A stretch of DNA of 64,000 nt from the human T2T-CHM13v2.0 reference genome, Homo sapiens, in assembly GCF_009914755.1 (NCBI RefSeq), contig NC_060926.1, one strand, 5' to 3'. The first letter of the stretch is position 1. Each line of letters opens with the position of its first letter. Shown here one piece after another: positions 37,964 through 53,169 of this stretch. The notes under the pieces were generated by a model. The model had not been told where the DNA came from and made no database searches. It saw nothing but the letters and a program-made list of their open reading frames with translations. Position numbers and translations under genes: made by a program.

Positions 37964-38832
37964 CCCTCCCCACAAACGTTGATATTTTCTCTTTTAATTT
38001 TCACTCAATTAAAAGTATTTTCTAATTTTCCTTACTTTTTTGTTTAACCCATGGAGTATTTTAGAAACATGTTGTTTAATTTCCAACTCTTTGGTATTCT
38101 TAATCTATCTTTGAGTTATTAATTTTAATTTAATTCCATTTTGGCCAGAAAAAATACATTATTTGATTTTAAGTATTTTAAATATCTTAAAGTTTGTTTT
38201 ACGGGCCAGAATACGGTCCATGTTGGTGAATATTCCATGTGCTCCTGAAAAGAACATAGTTTTTGCTCGTGTAGAGTGTTCTGTAAATGTCCAATTTGAT
38301 CAAGTTAGTTGGTAATGTTTTCAGGTCTTCTGTATCTTAGTTATTTTCTGTCTTCTTGTTCTATTGATTAATAACAGGAGTATTCATATCGATAACTGTA
38401 ATTGTGGATTTGCCTATTTCTCTTTACAGTCCTATCAGTTTTTGTTTCATTTAATTTGAAGTTGTATTGTTAGATAGTAACACATTTAGGATTGCTATGT
38501 CTTCTTAATGAATTGATTCTTTGTAATTACATAGTGTTCCACTTTATTACTGGAAATATTTCTTGTTCTGAGGTTTGTTTTGTCGATATTGTATCAGTTC
38601 TGTCTTTCCTTTCTATTCTATCCTTTTTACTTAACTTTTCTCTTCGTATTTAAAGTGGGTACCTTGTAGATAGGATGTAGTTGGATCTTGTTTTAAACAT
38701 TTGATCTCATAATTTATTCTTTTAATTAGTAAGCTTAGATTATTTCTACTTAGTTATTGATGTTTGGATTTAAATGTACCATCTTGCTAGTCTTCTGAAT
38801 TTTGGGCCTTTTTTGTTTATTTTTTCCTCTTT

Positions 38833-39678
38833 ATTTTATTTTCAGTTCCAGGATACACGTGCCAGATCTGCAGGTTTGTTACACAGGTAAACATGTTCCA
38901 TGGTGGTTTGCTGCACCTATCAACCCATCACCTAGGTGTTAAGCCCAACATGCATTAGCTATTTATTCTGATACTCTCTCTTCCCCCGCCCCCCTGACAG
39001 GCTCCAGTGTGTATTCCCCTCCCTATGTCCATGTGTTCTCATATGTTCAGATCCCAATTACAAGTGAGAACATGCGGTGTTTGGTTTTCTGTTCTTGCGT
39101 TAGTTGCTGAGGATAATGGCTTCCAGCGCCATCCATGTACCTGCAAAAGACATGATCTCATTCTGTTTCATGGCTGCATAGTATTCCATGGTGTATATGT
39201 ACCACATTTTCTTTAGTCTATCATTGATGGGCATTTGGGATGATTCCACATCTTTGCTATTGTGAATAATGCTACAGTGAACATACGCTTGCATGTTTAT
39301 GGTAGAATGATTTATATTCCTTTGGGTATATCCCAAGTAATGGCATTGCTGGGTCAAATTTATAAGAAAAAGGCAACCCCATTAAAAAGTGGGCAAAGGA
39401 CATGAACAGACACTTCTCAAAAGAAGACATTTATGTGGCCAACAAACGTATGGAAAAAAGCTCAACATCACTGGTCATTAGAGAAATGCAAATCAAAATC
39501 ACAGTGAGATACCATCTCATGCCAGTCAGGATGGCTATTATTAAAAAGTCAAGAAACAACAGATGGTGGTGAGACTGTGGATTAATAGGAACACTTTTAT
39601 GCTGTTGGTCAGAATGTGCATTAGTTCAACCATTGTGGAAGACAGTGTGGCGATTCCCCAAAGACCTAGAACCAGAAA
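38833..39678 (-). mobile_element. L1PA8-10-like 3' fragment with 5' inversion (39299-39678 on + strand)
   Basis: Reverse 3' UTR to ...GGGTCAAAT, then forward ORF2 end to CTAGAACCAGAAAT; TSD ATTTTTTC(C/T)TCTTT. Confidence 0.88.
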
Positions 39679-39778
39679 TTTTTTCTTCTTTTCTTGCCTT
39701 GTATTGAATTAATCATTTTCCATGATTCCACTTTATCTCTACTCTTAGCTACTTATTTACCTAGTGCTTGCTCTAGGC

Positions 39779-40038
39779 CATTGTTCCTAAACCTTGATAC
39801 TATTGATATTTTGGGCCAGATAATTCATTGTTGTTGTTGGGTTGGGGGGGGTGGCTATCCTGTATGTATTGTAGGATTTTTAGCAGCATCCTTGGTGTCT
39901 GCCTACTAGATGAGAGTAGCAGCCACGCCCCATTCCCAATTGTGACAACCAAAAATGCCTTCAGACTTTGCTAAATGTTTTCATGGGGGTAGCAACGGTG
40001 GGTTGGGGGCGGGAATTGCCCTTGGTTGAGAACTGCTA
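39779..40038 (+). mobile_element. MER20 (hAT-Charlie)
   Basis: MER20 core (TTTTGGGCCAGATAATTC; TTGTGACAACCAAAAATG); 8-bp TSD CTCTAGGC/CTCTAGAG. Confidence 0.88.
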
Positions 40039-40314
40039 CTCTAGAGTTTAAAAGATATATCTTTAACTTATCACATTCTTCCTTTAAATAATATTATGCC
40101 ACTTTATATGTCATATAATAACTTTACAGCACTGTACTTCAATTTTGTATCTCCCCTTTTTATGCCATGTTGTTACACATTTTACTTCTATATGTTACTA
40201 ACCCTACAATGCAGTCTTATTAATTTTTGCTTTAGTTGGTGAATAATCTACGGTGAACAAAGTAAGAAAAAGTAGTCTTTTATATTTATCTTCCAATGCT
40301 CTTCGTCTTTGCTA

Positions 40315-40343
40315 CCCCCTCCCCCTCCTCCTCCTGCTCCTCC

Positions 40344-40374
<31 letters not shown>

Positions 40375-40392
40375 TCTCCCCTCCCTTCCCCC
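40315..40392. repeat. (CCT)n/(CTT)n pyrimidine-rich simple repeat
   Basis: Directly visible. Confidence 0.9.
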
Positions 40393-41089
40393 TTTTTTGG
40401 TAGATCCAGATTTTTACCTGGTACTATACTTCTGCCTGAAGAACTGCCTTTAATATATTTTGTGTCTGCAGGGAGTGAATTATCTCAGGTATTATTAGTT
40501 CAAAAAAAGCCCTTTATTGTCGAAAAGTATTTTTGCTGGTTATTGAATTCTATACATAGAACTGAATTCTATGTTCAGCTTTTTTTTCTTTCAATCCTTG
40601 AAAGGTATATACTCTATTCTCTTTTGGCTTGCATACTTTCCTGATAAGAAGTCTTCTGTAATTTTAATCTTTGTTCTTTGTGATATTTTTTTCTCTCTCT
40701 AACTTTGCGATTTTTATCTTCATTTTCAGCAGTTTGACTATGATATATCCATGTATGTTTGGTGTGTGTGCTTTTGGTGTTTATTATGAAGGGTTCCTTG
40801 GAATTTTTTGGATCTCTGGTTCATTTTCCCAAAATGAACCCTTGGGTTCATTTTGGGAAAATTCTTGGCCATGATCTCTTCCATATTTTTTGTCTCCATT
40901 ATTTTTTTTTCTTCTCCTGGGAGTAATAGACATTCTGATATAATTCCACAGCTCTTGAATACTCCAAACTGTATTTTTCCCCCACTCTTTTTAACTTTGG
41001 TTTCATTCTGGATTATTTTTATTGACCTGTATGCAAGTTCACTTGTTCTTTCTTCATCCCTGTCCAGGCTACTGTTGAGCCAGTCAAAG

Positions 41090-41927
41090 TGCTGCTGAAC
41101 TTAACTAAGTTTGTTTGCCTGTGTGCAACGGAAAACTGTATTAGTCCATTTTCACGCTGCTGATAAAGACATACCCGAGACTGGGAAGAAAAAGAGATTT
41201 AATTGGACTTACAGTTCCACATGGCTGGGGAGGCCCCAGAATCATGGCGGGAGGTGAAAGGCACTTCTGAAATGGTGGTGGCAAGAGAAAATAAGGAAGA
41301 AGCAAAAGTGGAAACCCCTGATAAAACCCATCAGATCTCATGAGACTTATTCACTATCACGAGAATAGCACAGGAAAGACTGGCCCCCATAATTCAATTA
41401 CTTCCCCCTGGGTCCCTCCCACAACATGGGGGAATTCTGGGAGATACAATTCAAGTTGAGATTTGGGTGGGGACACAGTCAAACAATATCAAAAGCGAAA
41501 CACCGAAGCATCAGGTTTTTGTAGAGGGAAAAGTTTATTGCAAGGCCACCAAATTAGGAGACAGGAGAGTGGCTCAAATCTGTCTCCTGAGCTGGGGCAT
41601 GTTTTATAGTCAGAGAGTAATGAAGCATGATCTAATTGGATCTTGCGATGAGGTGATACCTAGAGGTGTGATCTGATTGGATCCTGTCTTGGGGTAATGC
41701 CAGGGCTTGATCTCGTTGGATCCTGAATCCTGCTGTATGCTGTCTGCTTCTTAATTCAGTCCCTGTTCCTTGGTCTGAGCACTTAGGTTCCACTTGTGGT
41801 TGCATGCTTGGTTTATCTGGGCATGCTCAGGTTATGTGACATTCAACGTGGGGGTCCATGGCAACTGAAAAACAACTCGCAACTTTGTTACATAAAAGTT
41901 GAATCAGACTGGGGTAGTGCAGTTAGA
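41090..41927 (-). mobile_element. ERV1-type LTR (family uncertain) interrupted by THE1A
   Basis: Reverse AATAAA (TTTATTGCAAGG ~41535), repeated ATTGGATC boxes, composition distinct from the flanking L1. Confidence 0.55.
41137..41491 (-). mobile_element. THE1A-like solo LTR
   Basis: TGTATTAGTCC...GGAAGAAGCAAAAGTGGAAACCCCTGATAAA...CAATATCA; 5-bp TSD AAAAC/AAAGC. Confidence 0.9.
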
Positions 41928-44900
41928 AAAATAATTTTTCACCTCTGATATCTTTTTCTTTTTGTTTTTAGCTTTCATATTTTACTTTTTAAAGTTTCCA
42001 TCTCTCTGCTAAAAGGACGAGACTAAGGTGATCCTCTTTTGCTGCTGCCTCTGTCAGGTTGTTTGTGTTGGAGGCTGAATCAGTGTAATCAAGAGTTGAG
42101 CTGATTTTGGGTTTTGTCACCGTCATTACCCTCTCAGTGCACCACAAGCTTCATATTTCTCCAGCAGTTGGCTGCTGGTCCCTTGTGTTTAGAGAATGGC
42201 ATGTCGCTCTACAAGATTTTTCTCTGTGTTCCTGTACCATCCTCATCTTCCAACAGTCTTTGCACATCTGTGCATAGAAGTACCAATATTTCTCCTTATG
42301 TTGTTGCCCCTTTCCCAGTGATAGCCTGTTGTTTGTTATTCAGTGCCATGCTTGTGGTGCAGAGCAGGCTTCTCTTTTGTTCTGGTTCAGACTCAATTGT
42401 ATTCAGGCCATTTGTCCTGGGCATCAACTGGGCTCTCTCAGCCTCAGCATTCCTGCCTTCTCTTTCTTGTGGCCTGCCCTTTCTTCCATGTTTTGTGGTA
42501 GGTCATGGACAGGAATATCCTTCTTTTCCCCTAGCGGTAGTAGAAGTTTCTTTGGTATTGGTGCAGGATTCGTTGCCTAACTCTTTTTCCTGCTCTGTAC
42601 TCCACCACCGTGGCAGAGGTTCTTTTGCCTCTACCCCTCTCCTAGCAACATTGTATCTTTCCCTGTAACATAACTGAGAGTGTTTGTCTATCTGTTCCCC
42701 AGAGGCAGAGGCATTTTGCTTCCATTCTGCCCTGAAGCAATGGATTTTTGCCAGGACCTTTGGTTAGAGGATTTTCTGTTCTTCTCCTAGTGGCTTGAGG
42801 CTTTTTTTCTGTGTTGGAGAACAGTTGGGGAATCAGGCTTCAGCCTTGTCCTAGACACCTCCTGCACACTTCCCCTGATGATGAGGGCTCTCTCTGGTTT
42901 CCTGGCCTACTATTATACTAATCTTTCTTGTGAGCACCTGGTCAAGGCACGTGGAAAATCTTGCAACTGAGAGAACTTTCCTTATGTCTGGGGTCCCCAG
43001 CTATTCTAAACTGTCATAATAGGTTACACTTGGTCTTTAAGAATTTGTTAAAATTTTAGCTGATTTTTTCTTATACTGTTGTATAGTGGCCACTTCTTTT
43101 TCTGTGACCTGCCAGAGGTCAGACAGTTTGTGTGTAGTCTTTCCTTGGAGGAGTTATCCCTCCAAGGAGAGGAATAAAATGTACTTGGAATTTTATTAAA
43201 TTTACTTGGTTGCCTTGTGACCTCCACTCTTTGTTAGACCAAGAGAAGTTTTGATTCTATGGATATGATTTTTTTTTCTCATTAGGGTGGAAATGACATT
43301 CTTTGGTGGCTTTCTGCATTCTAAGCAGAAATGGAACTACTTAGAGTGCTTGACAATTTAAAAATTCTGTTTATGCTGATCCTCCTTTAATGTTTTCCCT
43401 TTTCTCTCATCTGCGTCTTGATCACTTCATCTTTTAGGTTTGAACCCAGGCTATTTCCTCCATGAAGCCTTTCCTGATTCCAATAAGTAGAATGGAACAT
43501 TCTTGACTGTGTCTCTTGTAGAATGTGTTTTACTTTTTGCAGGCCCATTGAAACCCTCAGTGAGATTGGGCAGCTTTAAGATTTTGCAAGTTTATGAGCA
43601 TAATGGTTGTTGAGTTTTTAGATAGGATCATAGAGTAAACTTGAGATAAAAGATAAAGTGACGTACAAGGAAGCTCATATTTATTAATAGAATACAAATT
43701 TGTGAAATCACACCACAGAGGTTTCTGTGCTGTTTGGTTTGTGTAGTTGTTGTTGCTTTTGAACTAAATTATTGTCAGAAATAAGACTTAAATTCATAAA
43801 ATCTAATTTTTGGAAAATAGGGGATTCGTTACACAAACTAGTATATGTTTATGCAATGGAATATTGTAGAGCTGTAAAAGCAATAAAGAAACATTTCCTA
43901 ACTTGGATATCCAGGACATACTGCTGAATAAAAAGTAAGATGCAAAACTGAACATTTTTTGTAAGAAGGCAGGAGGAATAAGACTGTATTTGTAGGTAAA
44001 TGTCTTTGTGTAAAGCATTGCTGGAAGAATATATAAGAAACTAATAAAAGTGGTAACCTACAGTAAGCAAGGGCAAAATGACCTGCATGTGGATGATGTG
44101 GGAATGAGACTTCTTAGATATAGGTTTCCTTCTATATCATTTTGATTTTTAAATCATGAATATAGCATGTATTCAAAAAATGAAAACCAATAGACATAAC
44201 TATGTAGATATTGAAAGATAGGAAGATCTGAAAAATTCTTCAGAGCGATAAAAAATGTTAGTCTATGAAACAAAAATTGGATGTGAGATGCTTTTATTTT
44301 ACATAAGCCAGCTTTCACCAATGAGAGAGTGAATACAAAGTTTGGAAAATTGTGAAGGACAAGGTTTCATGAATCTGGCTCCAGATAGAGAAATATGCAA
44401 AAAGGTAGCTTTCTAGCACAATTAGGAAGGTTTTGGTTTTAGAAGCAGTAGTAGTATGGATGTTCACTCAAAGTAGAAAGGAGCACTTTGTATAGATAAA
44501 AACTATAACAGAAGTACACAGTACTTGGAGTGGGCAAGGCAGCCATTTCTTACTCATGAAATCACCAGGAATACCCTTGGAATCTGATAAGATGTGTTTA
44601 TTGTCAGAAAAAAATAGATGAAAATACCAAGAATATTCTTATCACAAATTAAAACCTACAAAGAAACAATAATTACTTAAATAGATTATAGCTCAGAGAC
44701 CAACCTTATGGGCAAACAAAGGAAGTATAAAAGAAGAAACTTTGTAAACCAAGGGATGATGAGAATACCTTAATGTTGCTAGGAAAAACTGGTTGGTAAT
44801 TTGAAATGCAGGTCAGTTTAGAGCCAAATCTCACTCTATACATTATATGAAATGAAATATTGAGAAGATTAGTCCATAGAAAAATGAAAATCAGAGCATT

Positions 44901-45062
44901 ATCTACTATTATTAAAGGGGGAGAAATTTCAAAGCAGAGAAATAATAAAAGATATGAAAAAGTCAATGATGGGCAAATCCATCCACCTGAAAATAAAAAC
45001 TTCTGTATTAAGGGCCAGTGGTAAGACTGAGAACATGTTAAAAGTAAGCAAGAGAAATAGTA

Positions 45063-45284
45063 CAGGTTGAGCAACCCAAATTTGAAAATCTGAAATCTGA
45101 AATGCTTCACATTACAAAACTTTTTGAATGCTGACATGAGCTCAAAGGAGCATTTTGAATTTCAGATTTTTGGATTTCACATTCTCAACTAGTAAGTGTA
45201 ATGCAAATATCCCCAAATCCAAAAGAATCTGCAGTCTGAAACACTTCTGGTCCCAAGCATTTTGGATAAGGGATACTCAATCTG
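45063..45284 (+). mobile_element. Tigger4a/MER46-like MITE
   Basis: TA-CAGGTTGAGCAACCC ... GGGATACTCAATCTG-TA TIRs with TA duplication. Confidence 0.85.
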
Positions 45285-46329
45285 TATTTTCACAATATAA
45301 ACAATTTACACAAATGGGTAAGGAAAACATGAAGAAACCTCGATTCCATTCCACCCCTAGTAGGGCTGGAAGAGGTAGAGTGGCAAAAGTTTGGGAAAAA
45401 AGGCAGTGTCAATTATGGGAGAAGGACCTGATTAATGGTGCATTAAGGGTTGCTGCACAGCATTCGGAGTCTAGCTGAATTTTGAGACCATAATTTTATA
45501 GCAGGATCAATTCACATGGTTGTGTGATTTTTCTCTAGCAGGTGATTGGATTAGGAGTTTGAGGGTGGTGAAGCTGAAGCAAGAAATAGCATACTATGTG
45601 GATTTATAGTTGGGGAGATGACCAAGATTTTGAAACTGGAGATAACAAGCGACTAGAATGGAGAAAGAGCAGGTAGAGTGCATCCAAGGGAATGAGTCTG
45701 GACTCAGGTTAGAAAAAATAGAGTGAGATATTGAATGACAAATTGAAGAAGAGGGTTATACAGCCAGATGGGACATCACAGGGAAGGAAGGAAATTGCTT
45801 GGGAGGGTCTGGAAGTGTCACTCTGGAGAATTTTGTCTTTGCTGCCTTATCCTTCGCTCTAAAGCATTATTTTCGAAAGCCAGATTTAGCCCAGTGGTTG
45901 AAAGAGTTGGTCAGTGATGGTCAGTGATGAGAGTTGGCCAGTGAGTGGTCAGAGTTGGTCATCATTCTCAGTGATGAGAATGTAGAGATGATTTGTTTTA
46001 CTTACATAAGAGGGATTTCCAGAGGTCCTTGTGGAAAAGGTTAGAAGCAAGGGCAGCAGTGGGAGACCAAATGGAGTAGATGAGAAAGCATAACTGGGGG
46101 CATGTAAATAGGACAGAGGGTAGTTGGCCAGAATGGCTTGTGTTTTGAATAAAGCCCAAGAGTGATAGGCGTAGGAGTCACAGGTAGAAGTAACTAGCCC
46201 CACATTTCTGACCCGTGGTATAATGACCGTCTCTGGAGCCTGATCCACTGCCTGTCTTTGTGATTGTAAAGAAGATGTTAGTAAAAAGCTTAACCCTGGG
46301 TGGTAAAGCCTAAATTAGTTTGGCCTTAA

Positions 46330-46645
<316 letters not shown>

Positions 46646-47127
46646 ATTAATTTAGTAAAATCTAATTTGTAATATCCCACTTCCAGTGGCCTAGGACGGA
46701 ATAATAGCCATGATATCAGGTGCTTCTTTATTACAGAGTTCTTCTGCTAGGAACCCTGTTTCCTTTTACTGTTCCACTTTACCTGAAACTGGATACTCAG
46801 GCTACTGCTGCTGGGGTGACTTCAGCAACTCCCCTGGAATACCAAGGCAAGCCCCAATTGATTTCATGCCTCCTTTGGGGATCTGAGCTTTTAAAAGAGC
46901 CAGCAACTACCTTTTGTCAACTTGATATATTTATCTATTATACCTTTAATATTTAAATTAATTTTTAAAAACTTGTTAGTAGTGACAAGAATGAGAATTG
47001 ACATTTCTTGAATAACTAAAGCATCTGTGTAAGAATCTTTGTATGCTTACAAACAGTGGTGTGTCACACTACCCAAAATCTGTAATGTTTTCAATGGCCC
47101 AATTGTGTCTTCTCTCTCCTGCTTTAG

Positions 47128-47263
47128 ATCTATCCATACTAATGGAAATGTAACTGGAACTGACTCTGATGATAAAATCAAGGACCATCAAGCAAGATCA
47201 TGCAGTAGGCAACTTTGCTTCCAAAAGAAGTTACCAACATTTAGAATTTCTACTTATTCTGAG
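47128..47263 (+). other. NCOA1: Internal spliced exon (136 nt), probably a non-coding 5'-UTR exon of NCOA1/SRC-1
   Basis: Seen: acceptor TCTTCTCTCTCCTGCTTTAG| and donor GAG|GTATTT in non-repetitive sequence. Gene identity is from memory of the NCOA1 5' UTR and needs BLAT confirmation. Confidence 0.7.
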
Positions 47264-47460
47264 GTATTTGAGACACAATTTTACTTTAGTTTTGACTCCT
47301 TAGTAGTCATTTTCTAGTGTTGATTTCTAGATATAGGTTTGGTGAGTTTAAAAGTACTTATATGTTAGAATGCTTAGCTCTTAGAGAAGAGTTCACTTCC
47401 CTCCTTTCCCACTATACTCCCAAAGAAACCAACTGAGAAAAGATCCAGATTTTTTTTCCA

Positions 47461-47571
47461 AAAGCCTGCAGTACTCAGTATTCCAATGTGGTCTCACAAC
47501 CAAGTACTAACCAGGCCCGACTGTGCTTTGCTTTTGAGATCAGGTGTGTTCAGGGTGGTATGGCTGTAGAC
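47461..47571 (-). pseudogene. RNA5SP88: 5S rRNA retropseudogene
   Basis: Minus strand GTCTACAGCCATACCACCCTGAAC...GGGCCTGGTTAGTACTTGG...GCAGGCTTT matches 5S rRNA with a 10-nt deletion, followed by a short A tail. The 5S call is firm; the symbol is recalled, not verified. Confidence 0.9.
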
Positions 47572-48392
47572 AAGATTTTAAAGGGATATATTTATTAAAA
47601 TTAGGAAAGCATGTCAATTATAAGAGATAAATTAAGTGTAGATTAAGTCTCAGTAACTATATTAGAAGAACTGGAATAAATAAATGTCAATTTAATAATT
47701 ATTTTATTTACATTATGACCCCTGAGAAAAGCAACTGAATGCAGCACTCTGAGTCCACCTGCAAGATGTCAGAGACCTTACTGATCATCCTTTAGATGGT
47801 TTGAAACCTTTCTTGCCTTTCCTCCTAAATTTATTGTTAAGGATTTTCTATTCACCAGTATGTGTCACTGTTACTCCCCATAAGCTGTCCCTGTAGGACC
47901 TTTGGGATCTAATGAATTACTTGGGCCAGAAAACCAAGATATTTAACTAAAGAATCAGGTGACACTTCCAAAACATGGGGTGGATCCCCACTTGAAAGAC
48001 TACATAAGACAAATAAAACAAAAAAGATATATAATGTCAACAGAAAGCAAAAACAAAAATAGTTCTGTTTTCACATGAATTCCAAACAGGTAGAGTGAGT
48101 TAGGTGTTTATTTAAAAACAAAATATTTTTTATTTTAATTATATTTTTCCAAATAGGCAGAAAGTATGCTAAGTATTTTAGGGGACAGGTCAGAGTTTGT
48201 TGATTTCTCTGAATATGTTACAGAGTTTTGTAAATTAATATTTTGCTAGAATATAGAGAAAGTAAAACCTGAGAAAAATGTAAATATGTATCACTTATTA
48301 CTAGGATTCTTAACTTTGTTCTGTTTTAGAAGAAGACTATGTAAAGCATAAATTCCAAAAATAATAAGAATTCATGATATTGGGAATCCTAA

Positions 48393-49923
48393 TGTCATGG
48401 GATCCTTGGGGTGTCCTTTCACTGGCCAGAAACTTCTGTGGCTGGTGGCGCCTTTGCCTGAGTTTTGCTTGGGCCCAGTGGGCCCACTCAGCCTGGCAGG
48501 CTGTGTGCAGCTCACACTACTGGCCTGGATCCCATGCCTGCCAAGGGCGAGCGGAGCAGCAGGGGGTGTGTGAGCAAGCGAGTGTGGGGTCTGGCCACTG
48601 TGCACAGCCAGGCACGCTGGCTGTGGCGGGGCAGGCAGCTCCAGGCATCAGCACGGGCGCTCACTCCCTGCAAGCTGTGTCTGGACTAGGTGTATCACAA
48701 GCAGCTTCCCTGGCTGGCACCAGGGAATGCAGTGGCCCTCAGAAGCTTGGAGATGCCAGGAACTGCAGAGCTCCAAAGAGGGTGTCACTGCCCTGGCTCA
48801 AGGAACTCCTAGGTCTGGGCTTCCTGAAGGCTGCAGCTCTTCTCTCCTCTTCTCACCCACAACGTGGCAAGCAAGGAGCATGTTTCAGTCCTGTTTGTGT
48901 TACAACTTTTTCAATCCTGCCATTTGATATGTCCCGAGTTCTTGTCCCACACCCAGGAAGAATAAGGTACACGGGTAAATGGAGGGTGAGCAAAGGGAAC
49001 AGGAGCTTTATTGAGCTATAGAACACCTCAGAGGAGACTTGCAATAGGTAGCTCCTTTCTGCAGCCAGGGTGTCCCGATGAGTGCTCAGCTTTCAGCAGA
49101 GAGGAGACCATGGAGTTGGAGTGGGTAGCTCCTCTCCGCAGCTGGTCATCCCATCCTCTCCTCAGCTTTCAGCAGAGAGGAGACCCTGGAGTGGGCAGCT
49201 CTTCTCCACAACTGGTAGTTCCATTGTGTGCTCAGCTTTCAGCAGAGAGGAGACCCTGGAGTGGGTAGCTCCTCTCCACAGCTGGTCATCCTATCCTCTC
49301 CTCGAATTTGGCTGAATCCAGGGTTTTTATGGGCTTCCCAGGGGCTGAAGTGCATGCTGATTGGTTCATGAGTGGGCCCAGAAAAAGCACTGTAAGTTTC
49401 CATTCCAGTCCACAGGACTGGCAGCTTGGCCCCAGGCTTCAAGCCTTCTCCGGTTTGAAGGTGAGGCTTCACCAGGGACCTGCCCCTTTCTGCCCAGAAG
49501 TCTATCTGCCTCCTACCATTGTTCATGGTGCCCAGGCTGTTCCTGCTGAGGGGCACCTGCAGGCCAGCATCGAGTCTCTCCTTGTCCTCTCTCACCCGTG
49601 CTCGTTGGCACCCACCCAGCTGGGTTGCAACAGTGCCCGGCCTTGGCCTCAACTTTGCTCCGAGATTGGAGCAGGCGCTGGGAGCAGGAAGAGACCAGGC
49701 AGTGGGAGTAGGCACTTCTGAGCCTGCAGGGGCATGGGGGGCCTTCCTGGGTCCCTAAGAGTGCAGAGAAGTCTGGGTCCACAGTGGTGGATGGGCAGTT
49801 GCAGCTGCACCCAGGAGGGCGGGCCTTCTGCCTGCTCCCAGCCCCTGCTGGCTCAGTGGAGCACACAGCCCTTCCTACACTTACCCCACTGCAGCTGCTC
49901 TAGATGGGCCGCTGCTGCCATCA
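48393..49923 (-). mobile_element. MER52A-like ERV1 solo LTR (~1.5 kb)
   Basis: TG...CA termini, perfect 4-bp TSD CTAA, GC-rich, internal tandem units CTCAGCTTTCAGCAGAGAGGAGACC. Confidence 0.88.
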
Positions 49924-50594
49924 CTAAGACTGCCTCAGCTACAATAAATGGATTATCTCCTGAAAGGGGTTAGTGTAATTGAGCAATTTTTGCTGAAGAA
50001 AAATTATCTCAAATCAAGTAGCAGATGAAAAAGAGGTTACTTTGATGATAAGTTTTAAAACGTCCCTGGCAATTAGTAGATGTATTGTACTTTTCTTTGT
50101 TTTCTTGTTGGCGTTTGAACTCAAATAGTAATGATGATTAAATATATAGTTCGTCTTAGTACCAGAGCCATTTTACTTGTTTTTTTAGGTATATCTTTTC
50201 TTCTTACTTTCACTTAGGAACATTAGTGGAATGCCCAAGCTTTGTAAAGAATGAGTCTAGATATGGGGAAGAATATAAATTATTCTGTAACTTCATTATA
50301 AATGGAATTGAAGATGTCTTTTATTCAGAATGGTTACTCTTGGGCTAGGAAGACTAGATACACCCATCTGAAGCCATTTATGTGCAGTCATAGACTGTGT
50401 ACATCAAGTCAAAATCTAGAATCCCTTTCTAAGTAATATACTTAAGTTCTATATTCAGACCTTAACAAAAGTAAAGATTAGGGAATAGGAAGTTCTCATC
50501 AATTGAAATTGCTAATTGGTTGTATAAAAGTGCCATATAGCCTAAATTAGGTTGCTTAAATTTTTAAATTAGGAATTTCTTGTTTATCAATTTC

Positions 50595-50925
<331 letters not shown>

Positions 50926-51419
50926 TGATATCCCCTATTCATATTTGTCATTTTCCATTTTGAAAATGAAGAAAAGTGAAAAATCTCACAAATTTGTGCT
51001 TGGAAGAGTTTTACATTTGAACTTCAGATTTAAAGAATATGGGATTTTGTTGTTTTGGGGGATAAGAGCAAAATCAATACTTGAGACGGGAAGTTAAGGC
51101 CCTAGAACATTTGCAAAGTTATATGTCCTGGTTTACAGTTTACATTAAGTTGAAATGGTACCTTTTTAAAATGTTTTGTCTGGACTCAGTAAAACATTTG
51201 AAAGCAAATTTTGGCCAGTTATATTAAGGGAATGGATATTCCCTGCTACAGTTTTTTTTCTGTGCTGTGATGGAAAGAGCAGAAGCTTTACTCTCATGCT
51301 ACCTTGGGAGAATTGAAGTAATATTTCTTAGTTTCCTTTTCTGTAAGAATTAATTTTTAGAGGTGATGAAGAATGAAATGTGTGTGAAATAATGAAAAAT
51401 AATGCTTTTTAGTGTGAAA

Positions 51420-53110
<1,691 letters not shown>

Positions 53111-53169
53111 ATGTGGGTGTTTGAACATCTTGCAGTGAAGTTATCAAACACTAATAGGGTTGTTACAAC

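Noticed and set aside
42114-42668. 184-aa hydrophobic ORF
   Set aside because: Non-ATG start in T-rich sequence assigned to an old L1 5' region; no domain or splice support
43142-43168. 10-bp inverted repeat TCCTTGGAGG...CCTCCAAGGA
   Set aside because: Single short hairpin in old L1 sequence with no supporting context
49085-49300. Repeat-spacer-like pattern resembling a CRISPR array
   Set aside because: The spacers are themselves homologous, the context is a eukaryotic LTR, and there are no cas genes
48374-49973. Cluster of long ORFs (up to 215 aa) on both strands
   Set aside because: Almost entirely within the GC-rich MER52A-like LTR, where stop codons are scarce; no protein motifs
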